Source: Arenimonas sp.
GTDB lineage: Bacteria; Pseudomonadota; Gammaproteobacteria; Xanthomonadales; Xanthomonadaceae
Length of the DNA stretch: 64,000 nt
NCBI RefSeq assembly: GCF_044348765.1
Contig: NZ_JBIKSE010000004.1
Coordinates: 2,981 to 66,980 of the forward strand
Reading direction: 5' to 3'
Shown one piece after another: positions 29,701 through 40,800 of this stretch; position 1 is the stretch's first letter; the number at the start of each line of letters is the position of its first letter. The notes under the pieces are model-generated. The model made no database searches. It was not told where the DNA came from and saw only the letters and a program-made list of their open reading frames with translations. The position numbers and the translations under genes are program-made.

Positions 29701-31068
29701 ATGTTGAAGAAAGTCGTCATCGCCAACCGTGGCGAAATCGCATTGCGCATCCTGCGCGCCTGCCGCGCACTCGGCATCAAGACCGTGGCCGTGCACTCCA
29801 CGGTCGACCGCAACCTGAAGCACGTGGCCATGGCCGACGAATCGGTCTGCATCGGTCCGGCGCCGTCGATTGAAAGCTATCTGAACGTTCCGGCCATCAT
29901 CGCCGCCGCGGAAGTGACCGACGCCGACGCCATCCATCCGGGCTACGGTTTCCTGTCCGAAAACGCCACCTTCTGCGAGCGCGCCGAAGGCTCCGGCTTC
30001 ATCTTCATCGGCCCCACCGCCGATGTCATCCGCATGATGGGCGACAAGGTCGAAGCCATCCGCGCCATGAAGGATGCCGGTGTGCCCTGCGTGCCCGGCT
30101 CGGACGGACCGCTCGGCGACGATGCCATGGCCAACCTGAGAATGGCCGAAGAGATCGGCTATCCGGTGATTATCAAAGCGGCCGGCGGCGGCGGCGGACG
30201 CGGCATGCGTGTGGTGCGCGAAGCCGACAGCCTGATTACCTCGATCGCCACCACCCAGCAGGAAGCCAAGGCTGCATTCAACAACGACATGGTCTACATG
30301 GAGAAATTCCTGGAGAACCCGCGCCATATCGAAATCCAGGTACTGTCCGACGGCCAGGGCAATGCCATCCATCTGGGCGAACGCGATTGCTCGATGCAAC
30401 GCCGCCACCAGAAAGTAGTGGAAGAAGCGCCGGCACCGGGCATCACCCCCGAGCAGCGTGCCGAAATCGGCCGCATCTGTACCGAAGCCTGCGTGCGCAT
30501 CGGGTACCGCGGCGCAGGCACCTTCGAATTCCTGTATGAAAACGGCCGTTTCTATTTCATCGAAATGAACACCCGCATCCAGGTCGAGCATCCGGTTACC
30601 GAAATGATCACCGGCGTCGACCTGGTGCGTGAACAACTGCTGATCGCCTCCGGCCAAAAACTGTCGCTCACTCAGGACGACATCGTCATCCGCGGCCACG
30701 CCATCGAATGCCGCATCAATGCCGAAGATCCGGACAGCTTCCTGCCGAGCCCGGGCCTGATCAAACATTTCCATTCGCCGGGCGGTCCGGGCGTGCGCGT
30801 GGATTCGCACATCTACGAAGGCTACAAAGTTCCGCCGAATTACGATTCCATGATCGGCAAGTTGATTGTGCATGGCAACACGCGTGAACAGGCCATTTAC
30901 CGCATGCGCTGCGCGCTTTCGGAAATGATCGTGGATGGCATCAAGACCAATGTGCCGCTGCAGCAGCGCATTCTGGCCGATACCGGCTTCTTTCAGGGCG
31001 GCACCAATATCCACTATCTGGAAAAACGTCTGGCCGAACGCAAAGACAAAGGCCTCGGCCTGACCTGA
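29701..31068 (+). CDS. accC: Acetyl-CoA carboxylase biotin carboxylase
   Basis: [49 protein letters not shown]. Confidence 0.98.
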   Translation: MLKKVVIANRGEIALRILRACRALGIKTVAVHSTVDRNLKHVAMADESVCIGPAPSIESYLNVPAIIAAAEVTDADAIHPGYGFLSENATFCERAEGSGFIFIGPTADVIRMMGDKVEAIRAMKDAGVPCVPGSDGPLGDDAMANLRMAEEIGYPVIIKAAGGGGGRGMRVVREADSLITSIATTQQEAKAAFNNDMVYMEKFLENPRHIEIQVLSDGQGNAIHLGERDCSMQRRHQKVVEEAPAPGITPEQRAEIGRICTEACVRIGYRGAGTFEFLYENGRFYFIEMNTRIQVEHPVTEMITGVDLVREQLLIASGQKLSLTQDDIVIRGHAIECRINAEDPDSFLPSPGLIKHFHSPGGPGVRVDSHIYEGYKVPPNYDSMIGKLIVHGNTREQAIYRMRCALSEMIVDGIKTNVPLQQRILADTGFFQGGTNIHYLEKRLAERKDKGLGLT

Positions 31069-31964
31069 TGCCCTTCCTCGAGCTGTCCATCGCCTGCAAG
31101 TCCAGCGAGGAGGCGCGGGTGGAAACCGCGCTGAACGAACTCGGCGCGCTCAGCGTGTCGCTGCTGGACGCGGCGGATGCCGACAATGAAAAAGCCATTC
31201 TCGAACCCGGCGTCGGCGAAACCCCGTTGTGGAACGACATCGTGCTGCTGGCCTTGTTCGATGCCGGTACTCACGAAGGCCTGCTGTTGCATGCGCTGGA
31301 CGCCTACGACAGCGGCATCGACTGGTCCAGCGCCAGCTTCCGCACGGTGGAAGATCAGGATTGGGAACGGGCCTGGCTGGATCAATTCGAGCCGATGCGC
31401 TTCGGCAACCGTACCTGGATCATCCCCTGGCACCGAGAGGCGCCGCCGGAAGCAGCCGAGGGTACCATCATCCGCCTGGACCCGGGCTTGGCCTTCGGTT
31501 CCGGCACGCACCCGACCACCGCACTCTGCCTGCAATGGCTGGATGGCCTCGATTTGCAGGACCGCGAGGTGCTCGACTTCGGTTGCGGTTCCGGCATCCT
31601 GGCCTTGGCGGCACTGAAGCTGGGCGCGGCCTCGGCGATCGGCGTCGACAACGATCCGCAGGCGTTGATTGCCACGCAGGATAACGCCGAACGCAACGGG
31701 GTTAGCCGCGCGCTACAGGTGTATCTGCCCGAAACCGAACCGCTGCGCCAATATCCGGTGGTCATTGCCAACATCCTGGCCTCGGCGCTCATTGCCCTGC
31801 ATGATACGTTGGCGGCACGCACACAGTCCGGTGGCGTCATTGCCCTATCCGGCATTCTGAAAGGCCAGGAATACGAGGTTTTGGAAGTGTTCGCAGCACA
31901 TTTCGATGCATTGACGGTGACGCAGCAGGACGACTGGGTCCGGATTGATGGCCGTAAACGCTGA
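31068..31964 (+). CDS. prmA: 50S ribosomal protein L11 methyltransferase
   Basis: EDQDWERAW, LDPGLAFGSGTHPTT.LCL, VLDFGCGSGILA, ANILA, LSGIL. Confidence 0.96.
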   Translation: MPFLELSIACKSSEEARVETALNELGALSVSLLDAADADNEKAILEPGVGETPLWNDIVLLALFDAGTHEGLLLHALDAYDSGIDWSSASFRTVEDQDWERAWLDQFEPMRFGNRTWIIPWHREAPPEAAEGTIIRLDPGLAFGSGTHPTTALCLQWLDGLDLQDREVLDFGCGSGILALAALKLGAASAIGVDNDPQALIATQDNAERNGVSRALQVYLPETEPLRQYPVVIANILASALIALHDTLAARTQSGGVIALSGILKGQEYEVLEVFAAHFDALTVTQQDDWVRIDGRKR

Positions 31965-32110
31965 GAAAAATAGCCTTTGCGAGCCGAAAACTTTCGTGCT
32001 GGCCCGGGCAAGGCCGCCAACTCCGCCTTCGACTCTCACTGAGACGTTCAGGTAGCCGGTGTCAAATCCGGCTAAACTACACGACCGGAAATTGTCAGCC
32101 TGAGCCGTTC

Positions 32111-32392
32111 GTGAACTCCCTGCACCTCATCCACAGCACCACCTCCGATGCCAAATCCCAACCCTGCCTGAAAGATGTCGTGGCTCGCGTGGTACGTCGG
32201 TACCTGCAAGACATGGGTCACGCCCCGAGCAGTGATCTGTATGACACCGTACTGGCCGAAGTCGAGCCGGCGTTGCTGCAGGAAGTGATGATTCATTGCC
32301 GTGGCAATCAGAGCCGCGCTGCCGAAATTCTCGGTCTGAATCGCGCCACTCTGCGCAAAAAGCTCAAGCAATACGCGGTTTCCGGGAGCTGA
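32111..32392 (+). CDS. fis: DNA-binding protein Fis
   Basis: LY..VLAEVEPALL..VM.HCRGNQSRAAEILGLNRATLRKKLKQY; GTG start. Confidence 0.92.
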   Translation: MNSLHLIHSTTSDAKSQPCLKDVVARVVRRYLQDMGHAPSSDLYDTVLAEVEPALLQEVMIHCRGNQSRAAEILGLNRATLRKKLKQYAVSGS

Positions 32393-32448
32393 GGTCGCCC
32401 AATGCATCACCCCGAGGGTTTATAATCAAGACCCTTCCGGAGTGATTT

Positions 32449-34020
32449 ATGCCTGCTACCTGTCATCCCGTCCGCCGGGCCCTGCTGTCGGTGTCCGATA
32501 AGTCCGGCCTACTGCCGCTGGCTGAAGCCCTCATTGCACATGGCGTGCAGCTGCTCTCCACCGGCGGTACCGCCAAAGCCCTGCGCGACGCCGGTCTGAC
32601 CGTCATCGATGTCAGCACCGTCACCGGCTTTCCGGAAATCATGGATGGCCGGGTGAAAACCCTGCACCCGAAAATCCACGGCGGCCTGCTGTCGCGCGCC
32701 GGCACCGATGACGCGGTCAGCGCCGAATACGGTATCGAGGCCATCGATCTGCTGGTGGTGAACCTGTATCCGTTCGCGGCCACCGTTGCCAAATCCGACT
32801 GCAGCTACGACGACGCCATCGAGAATATCGATATCGGCGGACCGGCTATGCTGCGCGCTGCTGCAAAAAACCATGCGCGCGTGGCCGTACTGACCGATCC
32901 GGCCGATTACGCCGGCTTCATCGAAGCACTGGCCGACGGCGGCAGTACTGCGGCGCAGCGCCGCGTGTGGGCCGCGAAAACTTACGCGCACACCAGCGCC
33001 TACGACGGCCAGATCACCGAATGGCTGTCTAAGCGCGCCGAAACTCCCGAAGCGCCCACAGCCTGGCCGGCCAGTCTGCATCCGGCTTTCGCACTCGGCA
33101 GCGCACTGCGTTATGGTGAGAACCCGCACCAGGCCGGCGCGCTGTTCGTCGAAGCTGGTGCCGGTACCGGCATCGTCACCACCGCGCGTTCCATTCAAGG
33201 CAAGGACCTGTCGTTCAATAACATCGCCGATGCCGATGCCGCACTCGAATGCGTCAAGGTCTTCGAGGCGCCGGCCTGCGTCATCGTCAAGCATGCCAAT
33301 CCCTGCGGCGTAGCCGTGGCCGCCGATATCGGCGATGCCTATGAGCGTGCCTTCGCCACCGATCCGACCTCGGCCTTCGGCGGCATCATTGCCTTCAACC
33401 GCATGCTCGACGGCAAAACTGCGAGCGCCATCGCCGAACGCCAGTTCGTGGAAGTGGTAATCGCGCCGGGCATCAGCCCGGAAGCACAGATGGCCTTCGC
33501 GCACAAACCCAATGTGCGCGTGCTCGACTGCGGCGCGCTCGACGGCCACCACGGCAACTGGGACTACAAACGCGTGGCTGGCGGCCTACTGGTACAGAAC
33601 ACCGACAGCGACCATCTGGGCAACAAGGACCTGAAAACGGTTAGCGACACCCAGCCGAACCTCGAACAATTGGAAGACCTGCTGTTCGCTTGGAAAGTAG
33701 CGATGTTCGTGAAGTCGAACGCCATCGTGTTCGCGCGCGGCCAACGCACCATCGGCATCGGTGCCGGCCAGATGAGCCGTGTCATCAGCGCGAAAATCGC
33801 CGGCATCAAGGCCGATGATGCCGGTCTAGCTGTGTCCGGTGCGGTGATGGCTTCCGATGCGTTCTTCCCGTTCCGCGACGGCATCGATACAGCAGCCGCC
33901 GCCGGCATCAAAGCCATCATCCAACCCGGCGGATCCATGCGCGACAACGAAGTCATCGACGCCGCCAATGAACATGGCATCGCCATGGTGTTTACCGGCC
34001 GCCGTCACTTCAAGCACTGA
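32449..34020 (+). CDS. purH: Bifunctional AICAR transformylase/IMP cyclohydrolase
   Basis: [58 protein letters not shown]. Confidence 0.98.
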   Translation: MPATCHPVRRALLSVSDKSGLLPLAEALIAHGVQLLSTGGTAKALRDAGLTVIDVSTVTGFPEIMDGRVKTLHPKIHGGLLSRAGTDDAVSAEYGIEAIDLLVVNLYPFAATVAKSDCSYDDAIENIDIGGPAMLRAAAKNHARVAVLTDPADYAGFIEALADGGSTAAQRRVWAAKTYAHTSAYDGQITEWLSKRAETPEAPTAWPASLHPAFALGSALRYGENPHQAGALFVEAGAGTGIVTTARSIQGKDLSFNNIADADAALECVKVFEAPACVIVKHANPCGVAVAADIGDAYERAFATDPTSAFGGIIAFNRMLDGKTASAIAERQFVEVVIAPGISPEAQMAFAHKPNVRVLDCGALDGHHGNWDYKRVAGGLLVQNTDSDHLGNKDLKTVSDTQPNLEQLEDLLFAWKVAMFVKSNAIVFARGQRTIGIGAGQMSRVISAKIAGIKADDAGLAVSGAVMASDAFFPFRDGIDTAAAAGIKAIIQPGGSMRDNEVIDAANEHGIAMVFTGRRHFKH

Positions 34021-34029
34021 GGAACCTCC

Positions 34030-35316
34030 ATGAAAATTCTCGTGATCGGATCCGGCGGACGCGAACATGCGTTGGCCTGGCGTTTGGCCCAGTCGCCGCG
34101 TATCACGCAAATCCTGGTGGCTCCCGGCAATGCCGGCACCGCCAATGAACACAAATGCCGAAATGTCGCGGTTGCCGTCACCGACATCGATGCTCTACTG
34201 GAGCTGGCCTGCGAGGAACGGGTGGCTTTCACTCTGGTCGGTCCGGAAGCACCGCTGGTGCTGGGCGTGGTCGATCTGTTCCAGGCCCATGGCCTGCGCA
34301 TCTTCGGGCCGCGTCAGGCCGCCGCGCAGCTGGAAGGCAGCAAGGCCTTCGCTAAGGATTTCCTGGCCCGGCACGGCATTCCGACCGCGCATTATGCGGT
34401 GTTCGACAACGAAGCCGAAGCGTTGGCGCATGTCGATCACGTCGGCGCACCGATCGTAATCAAGGCCGATGGCCTGGCCGCCGGCAAAGGCGTGGTTGTA
34501 GCGATGACATTGGACGAAGCACGTGCGGCGATCACCGATATGCTCGGCAACAACCAGTTCGGTGACGCCGGTACACGCGTAGTGATCGAGGAATTTCTGG
34601 TCGGCGAAGAAGCCAGTTTCATTTCGATGGTGGACGGCCGCACCGCACTGCCGATGGCCACCAGCCAGGACCACAAACGCGTGGGTGACGGCGACACCGG
34701 TCCGAATACCGGCGGCATGGGCGCGTATTCGCCGGCCCCGGTGGTCACTCCGGAAGTACACGCGCGGGTCATGCGCAAAGTGGTCGAACCGACCGTGCGC
34801 GGCATGATTGCGGACGGCATGCCGTTCACCGGATTCCTGTATGCCGGCCTGATGATCGATCATGCCGGCGCACCGAAGGTAATCGAATTCAATGTGCGTT
34901 TCGGCGATCCGGAAACCCAGCCGGTGATGTTGCGTCTACAATCGGACTTCAGTGAACTGATCGAAGCCGCCATCGACGGCCGCCTGCATGACACCGAAGC
35001 GCGCTGGGATCCGCGCCCGGCACTCGGCGTGGTGATGGCCGCCGAACACTACCCGGGCACGCCGCGCACCGGCGATGTCATCCACGGCCTCGACATCGAC
35101 GCGCCGCCCGGCAGCAAACTGTTCCACGCCGGCACCGTGCTCGAAGACGGTCAGGTACTGACCAGCGGCGGACGTGTACTGTGCGCCACCGCGCTCGGTA
35201 CTACGGTAGCAGAGGCGCAGAACATAGCCTATACACTGGCCGACCAGATTTCATGGCTGGGCGAGTTCCACCGCAGCGATATCGGTTGGCGTGCCATCGA
35301 ACGCGAGCGCGGCTGA
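34030..35316 (+). CDS. purD: Phosphoribosylamine-glycine ligase
   Basis: VIGSGGREHALA, GPEAPL, LEGSKAFAK, KADGLAAGKGV, QDHKRVGDGDTGPNTGGMGAY. Confidence 0.98.
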   Translation: MKILVIGSGGREHALAWRLAQSPRITQILVAPGNAGTANEHKCRNVAVAVTDIDALLELACEERVAFTLVGPEAPLVLGVVDLFQAHGLRIFGPRQAAAQLEGSKAFAKDFLARHGIPTAHYAVFDNEAEALAHVDHVGAPIVIKADGLAAGKGVVVAMTLDEARAAITDMLGNNQFGDAGTRVVIEEFLVGEEASFISMVDGRTALPMATSQDHKRVGDGDTGPNTGGMGAYSPAPVVTPEVHARVMRKVVEPTVRGMIADGMPFTGFLYAGLMIDHAGAPKVIEFNVRFGDPETQPVMLRLQSDFSELIEAAIDGRLHDTEARWDPRPALGVVMAAEHYPGTPRTGDVIHGLDIDAPPGSKLFHAGTVLEDGQVLTSGGRVLCATALGTTVAEAQNIAYTLADQISWLGEFHRSDIGWRAIERERG

Positions 35317-35356
35317 ACGGCTATAGTAGGTCTTGGTCACCGAACACCCGCGTACC

Positions 35357-37240
35357 ATGGCCCACTCGCAATTCGAACTGCTCAAGCAACGCCGCTTCCT
35401 GCCGTTCTTCCTGACGCAGGCGTTGGGCGCTTTCAACGATAATGTATTCCGTAATGCCATGCTGGCGCTGATGGTGTATCAGATGGGCCTGAGCACGGAG
35501 CAGTCTACGCTTTATGCCAATCTGGCGCCGGCACTGTTCATCCTACCCTATTTCCTTTTTTCCGCCACCGCCGGCCAGATCGCTGAGAAGGTCGAGAAGG
35601 CGCGCCTGATCCGCATCACTACCGCCATGGAAATCGCCATCATGAGCCTGGCGGCGTACGGCTTCATCTACAGCCTGCCCACACTACTGCTATTCTGCCT
35701 CTTCCTGACCGGCGTGCAGTCCACCCTGTTCGGTCCGGTGAAATACGCCATCCTGCCGCAGGTGTTGGCACCAGAAGAGCTCACCGGCGGCAACGGTCTG
35801 GTCGAAATGGGCACGTCCATTTCAATTCTGATCGGCATGATCGCCGGCATGTCCTTGCTGATGATTCCCGGTTACGGGCCGCAGGCCGCGGCCGCGGCAA
35901 TGATCGGCCTAGCGGTGACCGGTCATCTGGTCAGCCGCGCTATTCCGATGGCGCCGGCTATCGCTCCGGATCTGAAAATAAACATAAATATTCTGGCCGA
36001 ATCTCTGCATGTACTCGGCATGGTCCGCCACAACCCGGTGGTGCGGCGCGCGGTGTTCGGCGTGTCCTGGTTCTGGTTCGTTGGCACACTGCTCAGCGCG
36101 CAATTGCCGAATTACGCCAAGCTGCATCTGGGTGGCTTGGAATCCCTGAACCTGTTGGCGCTGGCACTGTTCTCGGTCGGTATCGGCCTGGGTTCGCTGT
36201 GGTGCGAAAAACTCTCGCAGCGCACGGTGGAAATCGGTCTGGTGCCGTTCGGCGCACTGGGCATGACCGTATTCTGCGCCGACCTATATTTCGCGCGCCC
36301 CGGGTATGCACCGGAAACCGGCATTACCCTCGCGCAGTTCTGGCAACAGACCGGCAGCTTCCGGATTATGGCCGACCTGACTCTGATCGGTCTGTTCGCC
36401 GGCTTTTTCATCGTGCCGCTGTTCGCACTAATCCAAAGCCGGACCGAAAAGCATCATCTGTCGCGCGTCATCGCCGGCATGAACATCCAGAACGCGGTAT
36501 TCATCGTCTCGGCTGCTGCCACCGGCATCGTGCTGCAGCGCTATCTGGGATTCAATATTCCGGACGTGTTCCTGCTACTGTCGGTGCTGAATCTGGCCGC
36601 GCTGGTTTACCTGCTGCTGCTGGTGCCGGAATTCTTCCTGCGCTTCCTGGCCTGGATCTACATCCGCATCATGTACCGGGTCGAGGTTCAAGGCATCGAA
36701 AAACATGTGCCAGATGATGGTCCAGCGCTGCTGGTGTGCAATCACGTGAGCTACATGGACGCCCTGCTGCTGAGCAGCGCGGTGCCGCGACCGATCCGTT
36801 TCGTGATGTACTACAAAATCTTCAATACCCCAGGCGTGCGCTGGGCGTTCAAGGCCGCCAATGCCATTCCGATTGCCGGTAGAAGTGAGGATCCGCAACT
36901 GATGGAACGCGCATTCGCAGAAGTCGATAATGCTTTAGCCGACGGCGAACTGGTCTGCATTTTTCCCGAAGGCCGCTTGACTCCCGACGGCGAAATCGGC
37001 CCGTTCAAACTCGGCATGGAGCGTATTCTGGCCGCACGCCCGGTGCCGGTGGTGCCGATGACGATCCGCGGCATGTGGGCCAGCATCTTCAGCCGCAACG
37101 GCATGATCAACACGTTGCGTCTGCCCAGCCGCATCCGCGCGCACGTGACGGTGCTGGCCGAAGCACCGGTGGATGGCGCCAGCGCCACGGCAGCGGGCAT
37201 GGAAGAAAAAGTGAAAGCAATGCGGGGCGAGTGGGCCTGA
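35357..37240 (+). CDS. MFS transporter fused to a C-terminal PlsC-type acyltransferase (LplT-like)
   Basis: RRFLPFFLTQALGAFNDN, FGPVKYAILP, then NHVSYMD (HxxxxD) and IFPEGRLT acyltransferase blocks. Confidence 0.88.
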   Translation: MAHSQFELLKQRRFLPFFLTQALGAFNDNVFRNAMLALMVYQMGLSTEQSTLYANLAPALFILPYFLFSATAGQIAEKVEKARLIRITTAMEIAIMSLAAYGFIYSLPTLLLFCLFLTGVQSTLFGPVKYAILPQVLAPEELTGGNGLVEMGTSISILIGMIAGMSLLMIPGYGPQAAAAAMIGLAVTGHLVSRAIPMAPAIAPDLKININILAESLHVLGMVRHNPVVRRAVFGVSWFWFVGTLLSAQLPNYAKLHLGGLESLNLLALALFSVGIGLGSLWCEKLSQRTVEIGLVPFGALGMTVFCADLYFARPGYAPETGITLAQFWQQTGSFRIMADLTLIGLFAGFFIVPLFALIQSRTEKHHLSRVIAGMNIQNAVFIVSAAATGIVLQRYLGFNIPDVFLLLSVLNLAALVYLLLLVPEFFLRFLAWIYIRIMYRVEVQGIEKHVPDDGPALLVCNHVSYMDALLLSSAVPRPIRFVMYYKIFNTPGVRWAFKAANAIPIAGRSEDPQLMERAFAEVDNALADGELVCIFPEGRLTPDGEIGPFKLGMERILAARPVPVVPMTIRGMWASIFSRNGMINTLRLPSRIRAHVTVLAEAPVDGASATAAGMEEKVKAMRGEWA

Positions 37241-37375
37241 GGCCGAATGCCAACGATGTGCAAAGCCGGTTGAACTGGGCCAGGAAGCCACATCGGCCTG
37301 CTGAATGTCACCATTCCGCTGTGCCTGCTGTACAGTCTCGCGATGCGTTTCAACAGAAGGAAAGGCTGAGGCAGT

Positions 37376-38251
37376 TCAATTCACCAAACCCGCCAAAACG
37401 AACACGGCCAGCACCGCCATCCACAGCAGGAGCGTGCGCCAGGCCAGACTCATAGCATCGCGCAGTTCCAGCAGAGCCGGTGCCGAAGATGGGCCGTCCT
37501 CAGCATCGGCCGTTTCTTCGGCGAGCTCGGAAGCCACACTGGCATTGGCTGCAGCCGCCAGAAACGTATAGTCGAGACGCATGCCACCCTCGGCATACCA
37601 GCCGCGCCAGACCTGTATCACCTTGTCGAAATTGGCTGCCAGTGCCATCGCCAGTGTCATCAGGTGCGCCGGCGGGCAGTGCGCAGCATTGAGGGTTTTT
37701 ACAGCAGCAGAGCGCAGCCCTTCCGGCAAAGCCATGCCATGTTTGTGATGTACCAGCAGATACAGCAGACGATAGGCCAGCGCACCGCCCGGACCGAGCA
37801 ACAGGAACCAGAACAGAACAGCGAACCAGCGCGTCAGTGCATTTTCGAATACCGCCGCCACCACCATCGGGCCATCCATGGAAACCGTCTGGCCTTCTTC
37901 ATACAAGACGCCGGCTGCTCGCTCTTTCGCATCGAGACCTTCTGCGGCGATGATGGCGCTCACATCGAGATCGAGATCTCGCGGACCCCACGTGTATAGC
38001 ATGGCAGCGAGCGCGATCAGAAATGCGAACAGGCCATCCAGCCAGCCAACCAACAGCGCCAGAACCAAAGCCGGAAGGCCGACGCACAGGAACACAGCAC
38101 CGTACTGATGCCAAGGGGCTTTACCGAATTCGGCGCGACGCACGATGTCCAGCCAGCGTTCGAACCAGGTAAAGTCGCGCCATCGGCTGACCTGCGGCAG
38201 AACATGACCGATCAACAATGCTGCCAAAACCGCCATTACCGTCCAGGTCAT
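37376..38251 (-). CDS. AmpE/CobD-CbiB-like membrane protein
   Basis: Hydrophobic N-terminus, LYTWGPRDLD.D, RWFAVLFWFLLLGPGGALAYRL, AL.ANFD.V. Confidence 0.7.
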   Translation of the reverse strand: MTWTVMAVLAALLIGHVLPQVSRWRDFTWFERWLDIVRRAEFGKAPWHQYGAVFLCVGLPALVLALLVGWLDGLFAFLIALAAMLYTWGPRDLDLDVSAIIAAEGLDAKERAAGVLYEEGQTVSMDGPMVVAAVFENALTRWFAVLFWFLLLGPGGALAYRLLYLLVHHKHGMALPEGLRSAAVKTLNAAHCPPAHLMTLAMALAANFDKVIQVWRGWYAEGGMRLDYTFLAAAANASVASELAEETADAEDGPSSAPALLELRDAMSLAWRTLLLWMAVLAVFVLAGLVN

Positions 38252-38266
38252 TTACCCCCCCCCTTG

Positions 38267-39166
38267 TCAGGCCTTAGTATGCCAAAATTCTCCGATCGCA
38301 GAATCGGCATGCAGCCAGCGCATGATCAGATAATGCGATATCGACAGTGGGTCGGGCAAGGTCAGCTCATCGGCCGCAACCAGCGCTTCGAGTTCGTCCC
38401 GGCCGAACCAACGTGCATCCTGCAACTCATCGCTGATGTGGATGGCCTGCATTGGCGCGTAGGCGTCGAATCCGACCATCAGTGCCATCGGCATCGGCCA
38501 AGGCTGCGAAGCGACATAACGCACGTGTTCGACGCGCACACCGGATTCCTCCCAAACCTCGCGCACCACGGTCTGCTCCGGCGTTTCACCAGGCTCGACG
38601 AAACCGGCGAGCAGCGACCAGCGCTTTTCCGGCCACGCCGGCTGCCGGCCGAGCAGCAAATGTTCGCCGTCGCTGACGCACATAATGGTCGCCGGATGCG
38701 TCTGCGGATAACTGGCCAAGCCACAGTCGCCGCAGACTGCGCTGTAGCCGGCGGTTTTCAAATCCAGAAAGCCGCCGCAGCGTCCGCAGAATTTGGACTG
38801 CGACTGCCAGTGCAGAATGGCCTTGGCCTGCGCGAATACGGCGGCATCCCGGGCGGGCCACCGCACAGCGGCGGCGCGGATACTGATGACTTCATGCGGT
38901 GCATGCACCATCGTATCCTGTGGCAATGCGAAAAAGGCTTGACCATCATCGAAGCCAAGCCATGTGGCCGATTCCGGTCGACGCAAAAACATACTGGAAG
39001 CCGGATAATAGATTTCGGAGGCGCTATAACAACAAGCCTCACCTTTTTCATTCAACACCAGAAGCTGCGCATCCTGCCAAGCCGCATCGAGTTCGGCCGG
39101 ATGCGCACGCATCGGTTCGGCGCGGTCCAGACCGGCATGCTGGAAAGCGAAATCAGGGGCCTGCAT
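38267..39166 (-). CDS. nudC: NAD(+)/NADH pyrophosphatase
   Basis: FCGRCG...C..C zinc motif, YP, Nudix box AGFVEPGETPEQTVVREVWEESG, SQPWP.P. Confidence 0.95.
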   Translation of the reverse strand: MQAPDFAFQHAGLDRAEPMRAHPAELDAAWQDAQLLVLNEKGEACCYSASEIYYPASSMFLRRPESATWLGFDDGQAFFALPQDTMVHAPHEVISIRAAAVRWPARDAAVFAQAKAILHWQSQSKFCGRCGGFLDLKTAGYSAVCGDCGLASYPQTHPATIMCVSDGEHLLLGRQPAWPEKRWSLLAGFVEPGETPEQTVVREVWEESGVRVEHVRYVASQPWPMPMALMVGFDAYAPMQAIHISDELQDARWFGRDELEALVAADELTLPDPLSISHYLIMRWLHADSAIGEFWHTKA

Positions 39167-39522
39167 CAGGCCGAAAAACTGCTGCCGCAGCCGCAGGTAG
39201 TTTTGGCGTTTGGATTGCGAATCACGAACTGCGAACCCTGCAGACTTTCACGGTAATCCACTTCGGCACCCATCAGATACTGCAAACTGAGCGGATCCAC
39301 AATCAGAGTCACGCCATCGCGTTGCACCGCCAGATCATCGGTCTCTGCCTGTTCGTCGAAACTGAATCCGTACTGGAATCCCGAACAGCCACCGCCACTG
39401 ATGTATACGCGCAGCTTGAGTTCAGGATTGGCTTCCTCGGCAATCAGGCTAGCCACCTTGGCAGCGGCTGACGCGGTCAGACTCAGCGGGGCGGCAACGG
39501 TTTGGTAGGTCGGTTCGCTCAT
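39166..39522 (-). CDS. erpA: Iron-sulfur cluster insertion protein
   Basis: [45 protein letters not shown]. Confidence 0.96.
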   Translation of the reverse strand: MSEPTYQTVAAPLSLTASAAAKVASLIAEEANPELKLRVYISGGGCSGFQYGFSFDEQAETDDLAVQRDGVTLIVDPLSLQYLMGAEVDYRESLQGSQFVIRNPNAKTTCGCGSSFSA

Positions 39523-39542
39523 GGACTTTGCCTCGGAATGAG

Positions 39543-39923
39543 TTATTCGGCCGGCTGCTGATGGATTAACTGGCCGCTGACGGTGGCGCCGGCGGTGATT
39601 TCAATCAGACGGTAATGGATATTGCCCTGGATGTGGGCGGTTTCAGTGAGTTCAATGCGCTCATGGCTATGGATATCACCGGTCAGTCGACCGGAAATGA
39701 CCGCGTTTGGCGCACTGATGCTACCTTCGATGATGCCGCCCTGGGCCAAGGTCAGCAGCGAATCAGCGCCGTCTTCAGCGATGACCTTGCCGAGCACTTT
39801 GCCTTCGATGTACAGGCCGCCAGAGAACAACAGGTCGCCCTGGATGACCACATGGCGGCCGATCAGCGTTTCCACATTATCCGATCGATTGGCGGACAGT
39901 TTTGTTTTTTTACTACCCAACAT
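39543..39923 (-). CDS. Bactofilin (polymer-forming cytoskeletal protein)
   Basis: TLIG..V.IQGDL.FSGGL.IEGKV.G, IEG.I.AP..VISG...GDI, A.IQGNI.Y..IEI..GA.VSG. Start uncertain (39923-39947). Confidence 0.9.
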   Translation of the reverse strand: MLGSKKTKLSANRSDNVETLIGRHVVIQGDLLFSGGLYIEGKVLGKVIAEDGADSLLTLAQGGIIEGSISAPNAVISGRLTGDIHSHERIELTETAHIQGNIHYRLIEITAGATVSGQLIHQQPAE

Positions 39924-39956
39924 GGTGTGAAACTCCATTGTGATCAAATTAAGAAT

Positions 39957-40676
39957 TTAGAGATCCGGCTGTGTAGACGTAGTGCTGACCGTCCAGTCGA
40001 AGCGCTGTTCCTGTTTGCCAAAGCCACCGCTGACACTGACCCGTACCCGTTGCGGAGTGAAGCCCAGCGGCAGCATGACATCGCCTTCAATCTGCTGGAA
40101 ATAGCGAAAGGAAAAGTCCTGCGCGGGCGCTTCCGGCTTCTGCAGCAACTGTGACCAATTGAGGGTCTTCAGTTTGCCGCCGGAAACACCGTCCACGGCG
40201 AACTGCATCTGGCCCGAGGTCAAACCGCCGCGATTAAGGTTCTGGGTCAAGGTGATGGTGTAGCGCCAGGCATTGCCGGCACCGGGACTGAACTCGGCGT
40301 TATGCACACTCAGACCGTGCCGGCGGCCGCCGGAGCCGACCAGACGTTCATAGAAATCCATATCGGCGCGCAACCCGGCGATCTGTTCGTCTTTTTCGGC
40401 CAGGGACTCCTGAATTTGGGTGTTGGCGCTACGGGTGATGAATTCGGCACGCTTGGCGTTGGCCAGCTCCTGCTTCAACAGTGCTTCGCTCCGTTTTAGC
40501 CCGTCCCGCTGCTCACGCAGTTGCGCCGCATCAGTATCCATACCCCGCCAGAGCAACCAAAGCCAAGCCATGGCCAGCGCCAGCCAAAACACAGCCAGCA
40601 CCACGCTGAGGCGTGTGAAACGCGGTGATTGGCTGACGATAGAAAAGCGTGGTAGATCTTTGTTTTGCACCGCCAT
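39957..40676 (-). CDS. Membrane-anchored coiled-coil protein (DUF6776-like)
   Basis: TM segment, coiled coil ending in L.FYERLV, then Y.ITLTQN, F.FRYFQQIEG...LP.GFTP.RV.V. Confidence 0.72.
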   Translation of the reverse strand: MAVQNKDLPRFSIVSQSPRFTRLSVVLAVFWLALAMAWLWLLWRGMDTDAAQLREQRDGLKRSEALLKQELANAKRAEFITRSANTQIQESLAEKDEQIAGLRADMDFYERLVGSGGRRHGLSVHNAEFSPGAGNAWRYTITLTQNLNRGGLTSGQMQFAVDGVSGGKLKTLNWSQLLQKPEAPAQDFSFRYFQQIEGDVMLPLGFTPQRVRVSVSGGFGKQEQRFDWTVSTTSTQPDL

Positions 40677-40800
40677 GGCAGCGACTCCCGGCGCGGACTA
40701 CGTACATCATTATAGCGGTTCCCAACGACCCCGTTCGCAATCGCCGGACATGCTGACAACGGCTTGATTTTGGGTGCGTAATGAGTATTCAAAGTGCATA

